This document shows, piece by piece, positions 40,785 to 53,600 of a stretch of DNA of 64,000 nt (within the stretch, counting starts at the first letter, position 1; each line of letters begins with the position of its first letter). The position numbers and the translations under genes were made by a program. The DNA is taken from positions 12,576,213-12,640,212 of the forward strand of contig OZ234493.1 in assembly GCA_965153455.1 (NCBI GenBank). Reading direction: 5' to 3'. Origin of the DNA: Sphagnum compactum (taxonomy: Eukaryota). Below the pieces are notes generated by a model that saw nothing but the letters and a program-made list of their open reading frames with translations, was not told where the DNA came from and did not search any database.

Positions 40785-42469
40785 ACAATACAACTGCATG
40801 CTCAGTGACATAACAAATTTTATTTACCTCGTTAAAAAAAAGGGTTTTTCTCAGGAGGTTACATTTTAATTTTTGTTTCATTAATTTTTGTTTAATTTCT
40901 CAACAAATGAGCACCAGAAACACACTTGTGCTTTTCTTTGCAAAGGGTCATTTGAGATTCTCATGTACTAGAGAGTGGTGCCCAGAAGGTGCATCCTTAC
41001 CTCTGAGTGCCCGCCGCCTCATTAGGCCAAAACCCGAGGGACAAACTTGGTAGCAGAGATTTGCACCACCCAATGCATGCACACATTACCTGATATGATG
41101 TTTTTTCATCTTGTTTTCCCACTTCATTGTTGATTCATATAACAAATGTATTATTTTTTGAGAAAGTTCAATCAAGGTTTTTGATTCACATGGTTTGTTT
41201 GTTTGTCAGTTTTGGAGTGTTATTGGTTTTTTTTTTTTTTTTTTTTTTCCATTTAATGAAAACTGTTTGTTTCTCATTCTCTTTCATATTATTATTAAAG
41301 TCCATTTGTATTGAGCTGATGATTTATTATACTCGTGTCATGTTGGGCAGTTCTCTCCATTTCAAAGGAAGAGAGGGCAGGTTAGGAATCGGTGTATGTG
41401 TACTATGAACTCTTTGATTACAGGTTCTTGAAAAATTGAAGAACCCAGTTTGGGAGCTGATTTTTTACTTCCGGGCAAAGCAATTACGAAGGACCTCCTC
41501 AGTCATGTCATGACATTGGCTAGCACTAAGAGATTCAAAGCTCAGAAAATAAAGTCATTAGCATCCTGATCCAAACTACAGCAAGATTGTAACGATATTT
41601 ATGCCAAGGGATTGATGGAAAAAAACAAAACAAGACCAAAACCGAAGAAAGGAGATTCCAATTGTGCAAAGGGCGTGTGCAGATAGATTTCAAAAGGTTT
41701 TGAGGTTTTCCAACATTTCCAGAGATGTAGGAAAATACATACCTTTATTTTGGCTACACCATTGCTGCATGTTTGAAGGTGAACTCGTCATCGCTTCTGA
41801 TTGATTGCAGGAACCTTCTCTCACATGAACCCAGCAGTCACTCAGGAGGCAGTATCTCCTGCCTTCCAAAAGATGTTCTGCTGGATTACCAAGACCCCCT
41901 GCAACACTCTTGTCATTGAATTTCCAACATTCTCATTAGGAATGAATTCCAATAAATATTTTTCCCACTCTTCCTGGAGTAACTGTTATTTGGTCTAAAT
42001 ATTATAGGGGCATGCACATAGCCCACAGTCTATAATGTATCCACATCGGGCGCTCTATATGATCCTCCATGATATCATGGAATGTTACAGCTAACCTTTA
42101 GGCAGGCCCTCTAAAGCCTCTTCCACAGAATTTGTTGCTGTCCAAAAAATCTTCGGGGAAAGCTGAGAAAGATTCTCAAAGAATCTTGGAATGTGTACAG
42201 CAGATACCACTGCCTCAACATTTGGCAGTATCATTTCAAGGTCCCCAAATGCATTTGGAGATGGATCTGTTGGCTATGCCTACTAATCCAGAGCCAGTGT
42301 GGTTCATCACACCTGCATGCTGCAATTCAAACATGCTGGCGATCTCAACAAGAAAGCTCTGCTCATCGTAAAACCCCATTACCACCCCACCCACTAAAGA
42401 ATTCCTAATTCCCATGACTAGTTCAGAAACTATGTGGGCCAGGATTAAAATAATTGAAAGGCCTTGCCT

Positions 42470-45400
42470 TCATTCTGAACCTGCCGATTTCTCCTTGCGA
42501 TCCCCAAAGATGCGACCACGGAAATCCTCAACCATGCGTGGCAGCCCTTCTTTCAATGACACTTTGGGCTCCCATCCCAGCAATTCCTTTGCCTTTGAGA
42601 TGTCCGGTTTCCTCTTGTGAGGATCATCTGCTGTGTTCTCACGGAACTCAATCTTTGCAAGAGGGTCAATCACCTCTTTCACCACCTGGATGGCCAAACA
42701 CATGGGATTGATGGACAGCCCAGACAGGTAAAAAGAGGGAGAGCAGCTCTAACATCATTCTGTGAATTCATATAACATCCCTACAACTATTAAGTGAAAA
42801 ACCAGACATTGTAAGTCATAGGTGGACTGATGCCTGTTTCTCATCCTTATGTTACAACAAGTACAAACATGATGGTTGTCACTCCCTACAATGGCAAAAA
42901 TCTGGAAAGCAGGTGAGGAGTGACAGCAACTAAAGTGTGTCATGTTGCTGCTAATCTCTGAACACGTCGACCTCTCTGCAATCCTCCAGGTAGTTAACAG
43001 ACCTATCTTGAACTGCTATAGGATTCTGATGTTCAAATGGGTCTTCTCAATGGCACAATTAACTAGCAGGCAACATATTATCAGAAAGAGGACATCACAT
43101 CCACACCCTGATGCTCTATTTTACAAATTATGACATGAAAAAAATCCTTAGTTTCTAGACCTGACTGACCAGAGCAAAGAACTCGAGCTTCACAACCCTG
43201 ACAATAAACAGGAGAATATCCCAAACTGAGGATATTCCTCCTATGAGGGTCAAATCAATGCCACAAGAAACTCATGGTCTCTCCTTGAACAATAAAAAGA
43301 ATCGTTTGAGAGAAAGAGATGCTGACCTCAGCAAGCTCCAACATTGTAAATTCACCAGGATTTCCCAAGTTGAATGGACCAATATGCTCACCCTCCATCA
43401 ACCGCATCAGACCATCAACCTACACACCAAACCCTCATCCAATACTGTCAAGCCCTCTCCAATTATAGTTCTTTGCAGTGCAATGTGGATGACCTTCCTA
43501 AAAGGGTACCTTCAGGGCTCACAATGGACATAAGCATCTCTCCAAACAAACCTGGATAAATTCATCAGAGCTAATTATCATAACAAACAGAACTTTGTCT
43601 CATTCCTGTAATAAGGCTATCCAAGAGGCATACTATACAGATTAACCAATCATATCGGAGCATCACATACCAGATCCGAAACATACTGGAAACTCCGTGT
43701 TTGTTTTCCATCACCGTATACTGTCATCGGTTCTTTCCGGAGTGCCTGCAAAATGTTTTAACAAAAATTTGAGCTTCATTTAGAACAACATCCTCCTGCC
43801 TTGTGAGGATGGTGCCAACCTCAAAATGTTCCTCATCTATTTGTGAAATCATGCAATCTGTTTCAACAGCTCAACAGTAGCCAAAGTCCATCCTATTGAG
43901 ATTTGAGATAGGCATGGCTTAGTAGACACAAACCTGGGCCACAAAATTGCTCACAACTCTGCCATCATCAATACACATCCTTGGACCATAAGTGTTGAAT
44001 ATGCGAGCAATCCGAACCTGCAGCAGATGTGGAGTTCTTTGGGATTACAATTCATAATGGACTCCCTTTCCTGCTACCATCTACTACTTTATGTGACCAC
44101 ATTACTTGCAACTCATCTTAAGGGAGCTGGTGCTGCGCATCACTTCAGAATGAGCACAGCTAAAAATGGAATTGATCCCAGAATCTGGTAATTTGTAATT
44201 GCAACAAAATCAAGGTGTTGATCTTGGAAGTAAAGATAAAGTGACAAAAAGCTTCCAAACACCAAACCTGTACATCAGCTCCCCTGTGGTAATCCATAGT
44301 CAATGTCTCTGCTGTGCGCTTTCCTTCATCATAACAACTCCTGACACCTGTGTCAAAAGTAGACAAACTCTGATCTTTACCAAGCTAAAACAAATGGCAG
44401 CCAACTTTTGAACACTTCACAGCATCAAGGGGATGAAGATGCCACCAATGCAGGGCATAAACTATAAACTAAAATCGCAGAACAAAGAGGTTTAGGGTTT
44501 TGAAAGCACACACCAATTGGATTCACATTGCCCCAGTATTCTTCCTTCTGCGGATGCTGCAAGGGATCACCATAAACTTCACTAGTGCTAGTGAGCAAGA
44601 AGCGTGCACCGATCCGCTTTGCCAGCCCCAGCATGTTGAGGGTTCCGACCACATTTGTCTTGTACAAACAGGATTAAGGTTTTCACCATCAAAGCCTCAG
44701 AAAGTGAGGAGAACACTTGCCAGCAATCATGCAATGAATGGGAATCTGAACCTCTGAGCAATGGGGATGATTTGATGACAGAGCGATGATGATCTTGAAA
44801 GAGAACAAGGGCACAAAAATAATAATAATGAAACAAATCCACAATCAAAGAAGAATGAGAGCAAGGACAAGACAAGGATATGATAGTCTTGACAGGATTG
44901 AACTTGTAATGAACAGGGGAGGCAGGGCACGCCAGATGATAGATCTGATCGACTTCCAAAAGCAAAGGCTCAACAACATCATGGCGGATCAGCTCAAACC
45001 TAGGGTTTCCAAAATGATGCATCACATTCTCCTTTCTGCCTGTGAAGAAGTTGTCCACCACAATGACGCTGTCTCCTCTAGCCATCAGCTTGTCCACAAG
45101 ATGACTGCCGACGAACCCCGCTCCTCCCGTCACCACAACTCTGAGCGGCTTTCTCTGCAAACCGAGAGGTAGCTTGGCACCCGGGCTGATGACACTTGGT
45201 TGGTGTTTTCTTACAATAGCCATGCGATCGTAGCTGCTTACGCTACTACCGAGCTCTTCCGCAATTTCGTACGGCATTTTCCCGTACGTAGCAGCAGCAG
45301 ATCCATGCTGCTTCCGTGAGACCAGGAACTGAGGCTGCAGGAAAAAGAAAGCAGAGGCGATGGCCATACCTATGAGAACGAACATCAACCGCTGCTCCCT

Positions 45401-45511
45401 GCACAGATACTCTATCGGCTTCATCAGCGACCATGGCTTCTGCGGCTTCGGCGAGTAATCCTGTGATTGCTGCGGAATCTCCGGCCTCCGGTGGTTCAAG
45501 TTCGTGTTCAT
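42470..45511 (-). CDS. UXS: UDP-glucuronic acid decarboxylase / UDP-xylose synthase, membrane-anchored (UXS1/2/4 type), 441 aa
   Basis: Exons 45511-44882, 44661-44514, 44347-44268, 44017-43934, 43745-43671, 43419-43327, 42685-42470 (1326 nt, in frame). N-terminal TM segment [17 protein letters not shown], Rossmann motif [27 protein letters not shown] (YxxxK), [20 protein letters not shown]. Confidence 0.97.
44662..44881 (-). other. U12-type (minor spliceosome) AT-AC intron, first intron of UXS
   Basis: 5' site ATATCCTTG, branch site ACCTTAAT ~11 nt before the terminal TAC. Removal gives the conserved PVKTI-KTNVVGT. Confidence 0.93.
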
Positions 45512-46235
45512 GGCTTCCCCTGCTTCGCTTCCACACGCTCACACCGACGGATCCTTGCAACAACTTTCCTTCCCGAATCTCAACCGCACGAGTCTTCTTT
45601 TTCACTACCACGTTATTATCAGAGGGGGAAAAAAATTAACACGCTTTCTCAAATCTTCAAAGATCGCCGGCAAAAGCAAGGGAAAAAGAAGAAGAAGAAG
45701 AAGAAGAAAAGAAAGACACGCTTCGTAAGCGTCAAATGAAGCCCTGTAGAGAGACACACACACGAGAACAACGAGAACTACAAGAACGGCAAGAACATTC
45801 AGATTCAAGGATTGCTACAAGATTGTGAACAACAAAAAAGCTCAACAAGACCTTTGAAAGAAAGTTTCGGAAAATAATTAAAACGTTAACAGATCAACGA
45901 GATCCAACCAAAAGAAAAACAAAGGGCTTCAGAGCTTCGAAGAAGAAGAAGAAGAAGAAGATCTCGAGTGCTCAAGAATCGGTCGATCGCTGGCCTGCTT
46001 GAGCGCTCGCTCGCTCGCTCCCTCGTCTTCTTTCCCTCTGCTGAGGCAAACGCGGCCAGCGTACGAGCGCGGAAGGGGAAAAGACAGAATAATGCAAGGC
46101 GGTCACCCTTTTGAGCTCCGACAAAAGGGCGGCATGGACGTATGCCGAGGTAGCAAAAAGCGTCTTTTGCTTCTGTTTGCCACCCTTTTCGTAATGGTTT
46201 GGGAACACGGGCCCCCGGGCGACCCAACGTTTCTC

Positions 46236-46510
46236 TTTTCCTGGCGAATTTTCGCCAAATTTCGACCCGAAAAATATGGTTTTGACTTATACAAAAGATA
46301 TAAAAATGGGGAAAAAATGGCCCAAACTCGCCAGATTTCAAAGGAAAAAAAAAGGTTTCCAAATAGCCAGATTTTGTTGATACGTTTCAGTAGGTAGCCA
46401 AGAAGGTAGAAGGATTCTCTTTTTTTTCCCCCTAGTTTCATACTTTCGTATATAGCCAAATTTGGCTAAATAATTTTCTGGATGATCGCCACTTTGACTA
46501 CATCACAAAA
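46236..46510. repeat. Dispersed short repeat (MITE-like) with palindromic TAGCCAAATTTGGCTA core, copy B, in the UXS upstream region
   Basis: Perfect 16-bp palindrome at 46453-46468. Similar to 38890-39130; a related degenerate block lies at ~46640-46890. Confidence 0.5.
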
Positions 46511-49299
46511 TCCTTAAAAGAAAAGGAAAAGAGAGGAAAAATAATATGATAAAATAAAATAAAATAAAATCTGGTTCTTTGAAATAAAGAGTGTTAGTAC
46601 TTTTCTTTTCTTTTTTTCTTTTCCTATTTTCAGTAGTACAATGCAGAGTTTTTCGCTGGCTAAATTAAATTAAGCCCCAATTACTGGCTAGATTTTTATT
46701 TTTTTCAAAGTGGCTAAAACTTTTGTGTATTTTTTGTTTTCTAGTCGCCAAAATTCGAACTTTTTTTTCTTTGAAAACTCTCCAACCAGATTTCAATATT
46801 GGGAATGTTCTCGCATTTGTAGCCAAAAATGTGAATTATTCTTAACCTTTTTTTTAACTTTCATATCCTATTGATTAGCCTATATCACAAAAAAATAAAT
46901 TCAAAATTAATATTCAAAAAAACCCCTAGTACTACTAGTACCTTGGCAGCTTCAACACTAGGTTATATTATTTATAGAAAAACATGAACTTTTCCAAATA
47001 AAGAAATAAATAAAAATTTCAAAGAACAAAATTTTTGTGAAGGATTGTGAAATAACCCTAATTTGGAGAACCGTGGTTATATATATGTATATATATCACA
47101 ACTGGCTCTTTCTTTTTCTGGGGGGAGGAGGGACTCTGACTATGCCATTACGATCGACCAATCAGAAATACTGAGCCGCAGTCAGATCCAAATTATTACA
47201 CTCTTTTTTGGAGGTGCATGCACAACTGTGTTGCGCCTTTTACCACGGCAAGCAAGCTGCACGAATTTGGTGCAGAAAAACCAATTTCCTGAGCTAAACC
47301 GGCACATTTTGACTTTTTCGCAAAAAAATTATTCCTGTCTGGAGTCACATACTGAGCACCGTTGGAGATGCTCTAAGTACACTATGAATTGTCTAAGAGG
47401 GTCGGTCTTACCTGTTCCCAAACATATGTGACATCAAAATCGTCACTAAATCATGTTATAGAGTTGTACGATTGTTTATGCTGTGAAATTATTTTTTAAA
47501 ATTATTGTAGACATAGATTTATTTTTGTGAAATTATTATTTTAAATTATATATGCTTTTAATTTTTTTCAAATTATATATTTCCAAAATTATAGCCACCA
47601 ATAATCATCCGACTGTGGTGACTTTAGACATCATTGCGAGGCAAAGTGGATGGATGCACTTTTTTGCATGCCATGATTTTTCTTTTTAATCATTGGCCAT
47701 TTCCTTCCGAACCGAAAAGCTGAACGTGCAAAAGTGCATCCATCCACTATGTGTTCAAGCAGCTTGAGAGATTGCGGTAGAATTGTTTGGGCTGGCCATA
47801 ATGAACCAGCACCCATGAATGAACGCATCACCGTGGATGGATGGATGGATGGATGGATGAATCAAACACCGGAAATTGTTCTCAATTTTTTTGTAGATAC
47901 CCTATCTGAAATGTACCATGGAAAATGGGGGGCTTGTTGTTCCCAATGGTGAGACCTCCGGGTTCTTCAGGTTATCGGATTTACAAGTGTTTATTTTAAA
48001 AACTTGTAAATACAATACAATACAATAAAGTTATCTGTAAAGTTAGGCGATTAGGGGGCGAGAGAATGGCCAGTTTCGGTATAATAGACCATCAAATGCA
48101 TAACTGAGAATGAAATTTTACAAAACGAAATAACTGGGACCCAAACTAGTTTTTCAATTTTGATGATAAACTGAGTTTTAAAATAAAATTTTAGCTGAAA
48201 TTTTCCAAGGAATTGGAATGTGCTTTTGGTGTTGTGTTGTTGGAAAGACCTTGATGAGCAGGATTTAATGGACTTTACCATAGTGCCTTGGACCATTTCA
48301 ACACATGTACATTGAATAATTAATTAATTTTGAAAAAAATCATTTCAACAAATGGAATATTCCTAAATATTCATTATTTTCCTTCACAACATTTTTTGAT
48401 TTGGAAGAAATAATTTTCGGAAAATTTCAACATTTCTGAAAATAATATAATTAGTGTCGAATTGGCCAAGGTACTAGGGTAGTCATCCAAAAGATTATTG
48501 GAGTTGCTTTTCAAAAAAACGACATTTGGGCTTTCTATGTCTATTCTATTATGAAGAATTAGCACAAAAGAATTCTAAAAAAATTGCTACACAAAACTTT
48601 AGAATTAACAAACAATAAGAATAGTCTTGGGCACTTTGTTTGTTTGTTTGTCAATATTGTTGAAATTTGGAGCTATTCAAGGTGGACATCAATTAATAAA
48701 GAGCAAGATAGTAGTATTTCAAGCATCATAGTTTACCCAAGTTCATCACTTTGCCAATGCCATGAATTCAATGGCTTGTGTAAATGGCAAGTCATGTTTG
48801 GTTTGGTGAATCATATCTCTTGATCGAGAGGGGTCATCATCTCCATATTGACACTTTGAAGTGTAAGAGAAGTGACAATTCTAAAGGATCCAAACTAAAG
48901 TGACAAGAATCATTCCATTTGAGTATGTATGTTCAAATACTAACCTTGTTCTTTTGAGACATCACCACCAAGATTGCAAATTTCAAAACTCATGCATGCT
49001 CAAAATGTACTAAGATGTATGGAAGTTGGTAGCTAGAAGCAAAAATGTTCAATGTTGATATATCGAGGAGTTCATCAATCACCATTTTACCAAACCTTGA
49101 TTTGTTTCCCTTGTGTGGACTAATGGCCAATTTGTTTAGATCATTGATGGAAAACCCCCAATGGTTTGTGTAATTTAATCACATTTCCCCACGGATTGAA
49201 CATCTTTACTAAAAGACCCATGCTTGCGAAGGTTTCTTAATCATTGATCTCTTTAATGTTGTTTTGGTTTGGACTCAATATTATTATTTGATTTTAACC

Positions 49300-50620
49300 A
49301 CACCTCAATGAACATTATTTGAATTGATCACATTATAATCCTTAAATTTCTCCATTGAAATCTATGGCAATTGATGGGCCATCTCAATGAAGTTTTTGAT
49401 GCAATTCACACACAAAATGTGATTTGCCTACGCAAATTTGATTTCCTAATGTGTTTTGTTTAATGAGTTAAATATTTTATAATTGAACAAATGGTCAATT
49501 GATTTGTACATTCTTTGATCAAATATTATTTAAAATAGTATAATTAATTATGAACACACATAGGAATGTGTGAAAATAGTGTTTAAATGAATTTGTTGCA
49601 TATCCTAGTTGATTTTTTTACCAAAATGTTTTTTTAAGGTTTCACAATTTGATTAAAAGTAATGTTGGACCTTTCATGTGTGACGTCAATGTTGGAGGCA
49701 CAAATTCAATACATTAAGTTTAGCCAACATTGGGGTTATTTTGTGTGTGTGTTTGTAATTCTTTGTTGAATTGTGCTAAGTTGACCTATATGCAAGGTAC
49801 ATGGATCTTCAAATTTCTTACATGGATGATGTCTTTGCGGGTATTGTAACCTTTTGAATGGGACATCATATATTGTGATCCATAAGTGGGATGTTGATTT
49901 AAACATTGGGTTGGAAAAATATGAAAGCCAAAATTGCTAGGACTTCAAGCATGATGCATTGTGTTTACCCTCACATTAATGAATATGTTCATGTTATTAG
50001 AACTTTGTTTTAGCACATTATTAATGTGGTGCAAAGGCATTATTCAAAGGCAACAACCAATGTCAATGATGAGTTTGGAGAAAAGGTTCCTAACACAAGA
50101 TGTCATGGATGCACTTGGAATAATACACATCAATATTGGTTAAATATATTGCAGAAGAAACTTTCTTAGTGCACATGGCATTATTGAAAGATATTTTTTG
50201 CTAGCCAAGGAAATTTGACTCTAATCATACATGGATACTTGTAATGCTAGATTTGGGCATTCTAAACTTACTATTTTCCATTTTCAATATAACCATACAA
50301 TCTAATGCACAATGGGCCATGGACCAATAAATGAATCCCAATCCAATGTTTCGATTGTGGATGAAGTTTTCTTTTAATGCATTGTTATGTGTCACGTTCA
50401 ACAAGTTCATAAAAGTTGTTGAATTGGTAGTAGTGCAAATCATGGGGATTTCAATAATTTGACATTTATGAAGACAAGCTCTATGATAAGTTGTGTGAAC
50501 ATTTGGACCTTGTTGTCCACATTTATGCCCAACCATTTTATACAATTTAGAATTTTCCTTACCATATATAATGCAATCATGGCTTGGATTGTAAACAAAC
50601 TAAGGAGGGGAATTTAGTTT
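49300..50620 (+). mobile_element. Decayed hAT-superfamily transposase (ZNF862-like), C-terminal part
   Basis: Plus-strand fragments VELC*VDLYARYMD..YMDDVF (similar to the 9008-9283 remnant), MSLEKRFLTQDVMDALGII, and NPMFRLWMKFSFNALL..KFIKVVELVVVQIMG (hAT dimerisation-domain-like). Heavily mutated. Confidence 0.6.
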
Positions 50621-53600
50621 GATCAACCATGTATTACGAAAAGCCTAACTTAGATGAAACATCTTGCTTGTTTGAACAAGCTAAACTTGTGGGAATGTTT
50701 TGGTGGCAACATTCTCAACTTTGCATTCAAGCAATTTTGTTTATGACAACTTTATAAAGGTGCAAGCATTCAATCATGAGGCAAATTTGCCCCCTTAGGC
50801 CATTGTTTTTTTCAAGAATATGCTTGACATTTAAAAATAATCTTAAATTTTTTTTTAAAAAATTAAAACTGTTTTTTACATTATTATGTTAAGAAAAGAG
50901 GTGGTTACTAAAATTTGTCAAAAACAATTATGTACAAATCCTTTTACATTATAAAAACAATGGTTACAACTTATATATATATATATACATATAGTATTTT
51001 TAATTCAATAGATTGAATTCAAAATTTCAAGATATGTATATTACTATATTGAAAATAACATTATTTTTTAAAAATCCATTTGTAGTTTCTTGAAAAAATG
51101 TTATAAGTGCAAAATTAAATATGATTTCAATTGCTTTGGTACATCTTTACAAAATTGCACCCATAAATTCAATAAATGTAAATGTTTTGCAATTTTTTGA
51201 AAGCAAGTTTTGTTATTTTTTTTATTATTGTCGTATATTCATATGTATGGCTTGTAAATTGCTTCCTAATCTAGGTTTGAATTCATGTGCTTATTCCTTG
51301 TAGATATTGTTGCTCATGTTGGTAAACATTCAATTTCTAAGTGTTTACCTGATGTTCAAGTTTATGGTGCAAGTTGTTGGATTTGTAATCATTTTTTTTC
51401 ATTACATGACGTACATTCACTTGTCCATTGGGTTAATTCCTTCCCCATACATATGTTTACATTTGTTTATAAAGACTTATTCATGACTAAATCAATTGTT
51501 GCCATAGGGATAGGGTCCTTTTGGATTGGGGTTCAATTCACTCGAGTGAAAATTTACAGAGCTTATTCATTTATGTTCTTTGGGTGCCATCATGTTCATT
51601 TCCTTTTTCAAGCTTTTAAGCATTGTTGTTATTTGTTGATCTTCTTGCACATTTGTTACTTGGAGAAGGTCTAACATTTTTCCCCACCTTTAAATTTTGC
51701 CTTTTGCTTAAATGTACCCCACATTTAACAATTGTCACCAAATTTCACACTTTCCACATGTAAAAGTAGCTAGAGCACACAAATTACATTCTCCAATCAC
51801 TTGTGAAATTTTACTCATACTCAATTTGTTAAATCACCATTTATTATACAAAAAATTATTTACATGGAGCCAATAGTCAAGCAATAACCCTACTTACATG
51901 TAGCCACTACAAATACAAGTGTAGATCCTTCAAAACTACACTACTTCCTATAAATTATTGCAACTCAAGTTGCATTAAAAATTTCCTAAAAAAACACTTA
52001 TCATCAATGTATTTAACTTTAACATAACTTTCATTAATTTGAACCCCACTTACCTTGTTTCCCCACCCTTCTTTCCCCCTTTCAAAAATGGAATAGTGTT
52101 CACCATTTGCTTGAATTCAATGTTTGATTTTATGATAAATATACGTTTTTATGTAATGAAGATCATTTGCCTAAGTCCCTCATAAGTCTTAACCATTGTA
52201 TTCATTGTCATGATGATTGTTCTTAATCATTTTAATCTTCACATTATTCATTCCATATGAATTCAATTTGAACCTTCTAGCCATCACTAAGTTCTTTTAG
52301 TGTATTTTTTTTTAATATGGATTTATTTCCATAAAACTTGCATGATTCATTTCATTTTAATCATGGTATTTAAACATGATTATTTTTCACCAAAACTTTT
52401 TACTTGGAGTTTTCACATTATGTGACTCATCCCTCATAGTTTGCCAAATGGTATAAATGGTAGTTGTGTGGTTACTTGTACGAAAACTACATAAACATGG
52501 GATGCATTCTTTGATTCTTTTGGACCAATATAAATTAATAAATATGTTTGCTCTAGATATAATGCTCTCCAGAAGGGTTAATAAAGTGATACAATTAATT
52601 TTGATTGGCCAATCACAATGATTGGCCCATGTGGTGGTATTTAACCGATCCTTATTTACACTATTCAATATTTCATATTCATGAATGGGGGTGAGGAAAT
52701 AACTTGTGTGCTCTTTTGGATGCAATAGACATTGGTTTATACCCACACAACATTTCAAGGTAGATTTGTTCTTATGTTTATTTTTAAGTTTGATCGTGCA
52801 ATCCCAAAATTAAAGTTGTGACATTAAATGTTGCCCATATACAATAAAATTAATCTTGCTTTCATAGTCATGCCAATTCTGTTTTATATTTTTGAATTGC
52901 GAATTTGATATGCAATGATGCATTTCAAGTTATGATTTTGAGCCATATAGGAACTTCATGAAAACAAAACAAGATAAAAATATAATAACTTAGAAAAGTT
53001 GCATTATTACATTGTTGGAATTTGAAGGTCATGATCTTGTTCAACTTGAAACAATCTTCATGATTTCCAAAATTGATTAATTCAAAACACATTAATTCAT
53101 CATCTTGTTACATTATCCTACTTGATTTTGTTGGACCTTGAAGAAAATAACACAAACTTAACAACAATGATATATCATTAGAACTACAACATTGTGATCA
53201 TTTATTCTTGATTCAAAGGGATGATCATAGTCTTTAGCTTTTGATAACAGAATGGAACTTCAATCCTATGATATCAATCAACCTAGATAATCACCTTCAA
53301 CAAGCATCCAAAACAAAAAGAACCATCGTATCTTAAAAAAATGTTGGATGTTGTTAGTTTTTGTGTATGAAAAAATAATCAATTAGAGTACTAGCACAAA
53401 ACTATATGATGCAAAGTTGGGTCCATAACATGCTTGTTACACAAGGAAAATTTGTCTCCAATCAAACATAGATGCAGAACAACAAACATCCATAACATCC
53501 TTTATTTGGTACTAAATGCAACTATCAAATCCATTTGATGATATTAGACCTCTATTAATCCCTTGAAAATGTTAGATTCAATTTTGTCGTGGTCATGTTC

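Noticed and set aside
44588..44881. Hydrophobic C-terminal extension of the 307-aa UXS ORF
   Set aside because: It is read-through into the AT-AC intron, not a real domain.
45433..46459. Cluster of short ORFs upstream of UXS
   Set aside because: They derive from (GAA)n/(CTCG)n leader sequence and a dispersed repeat.
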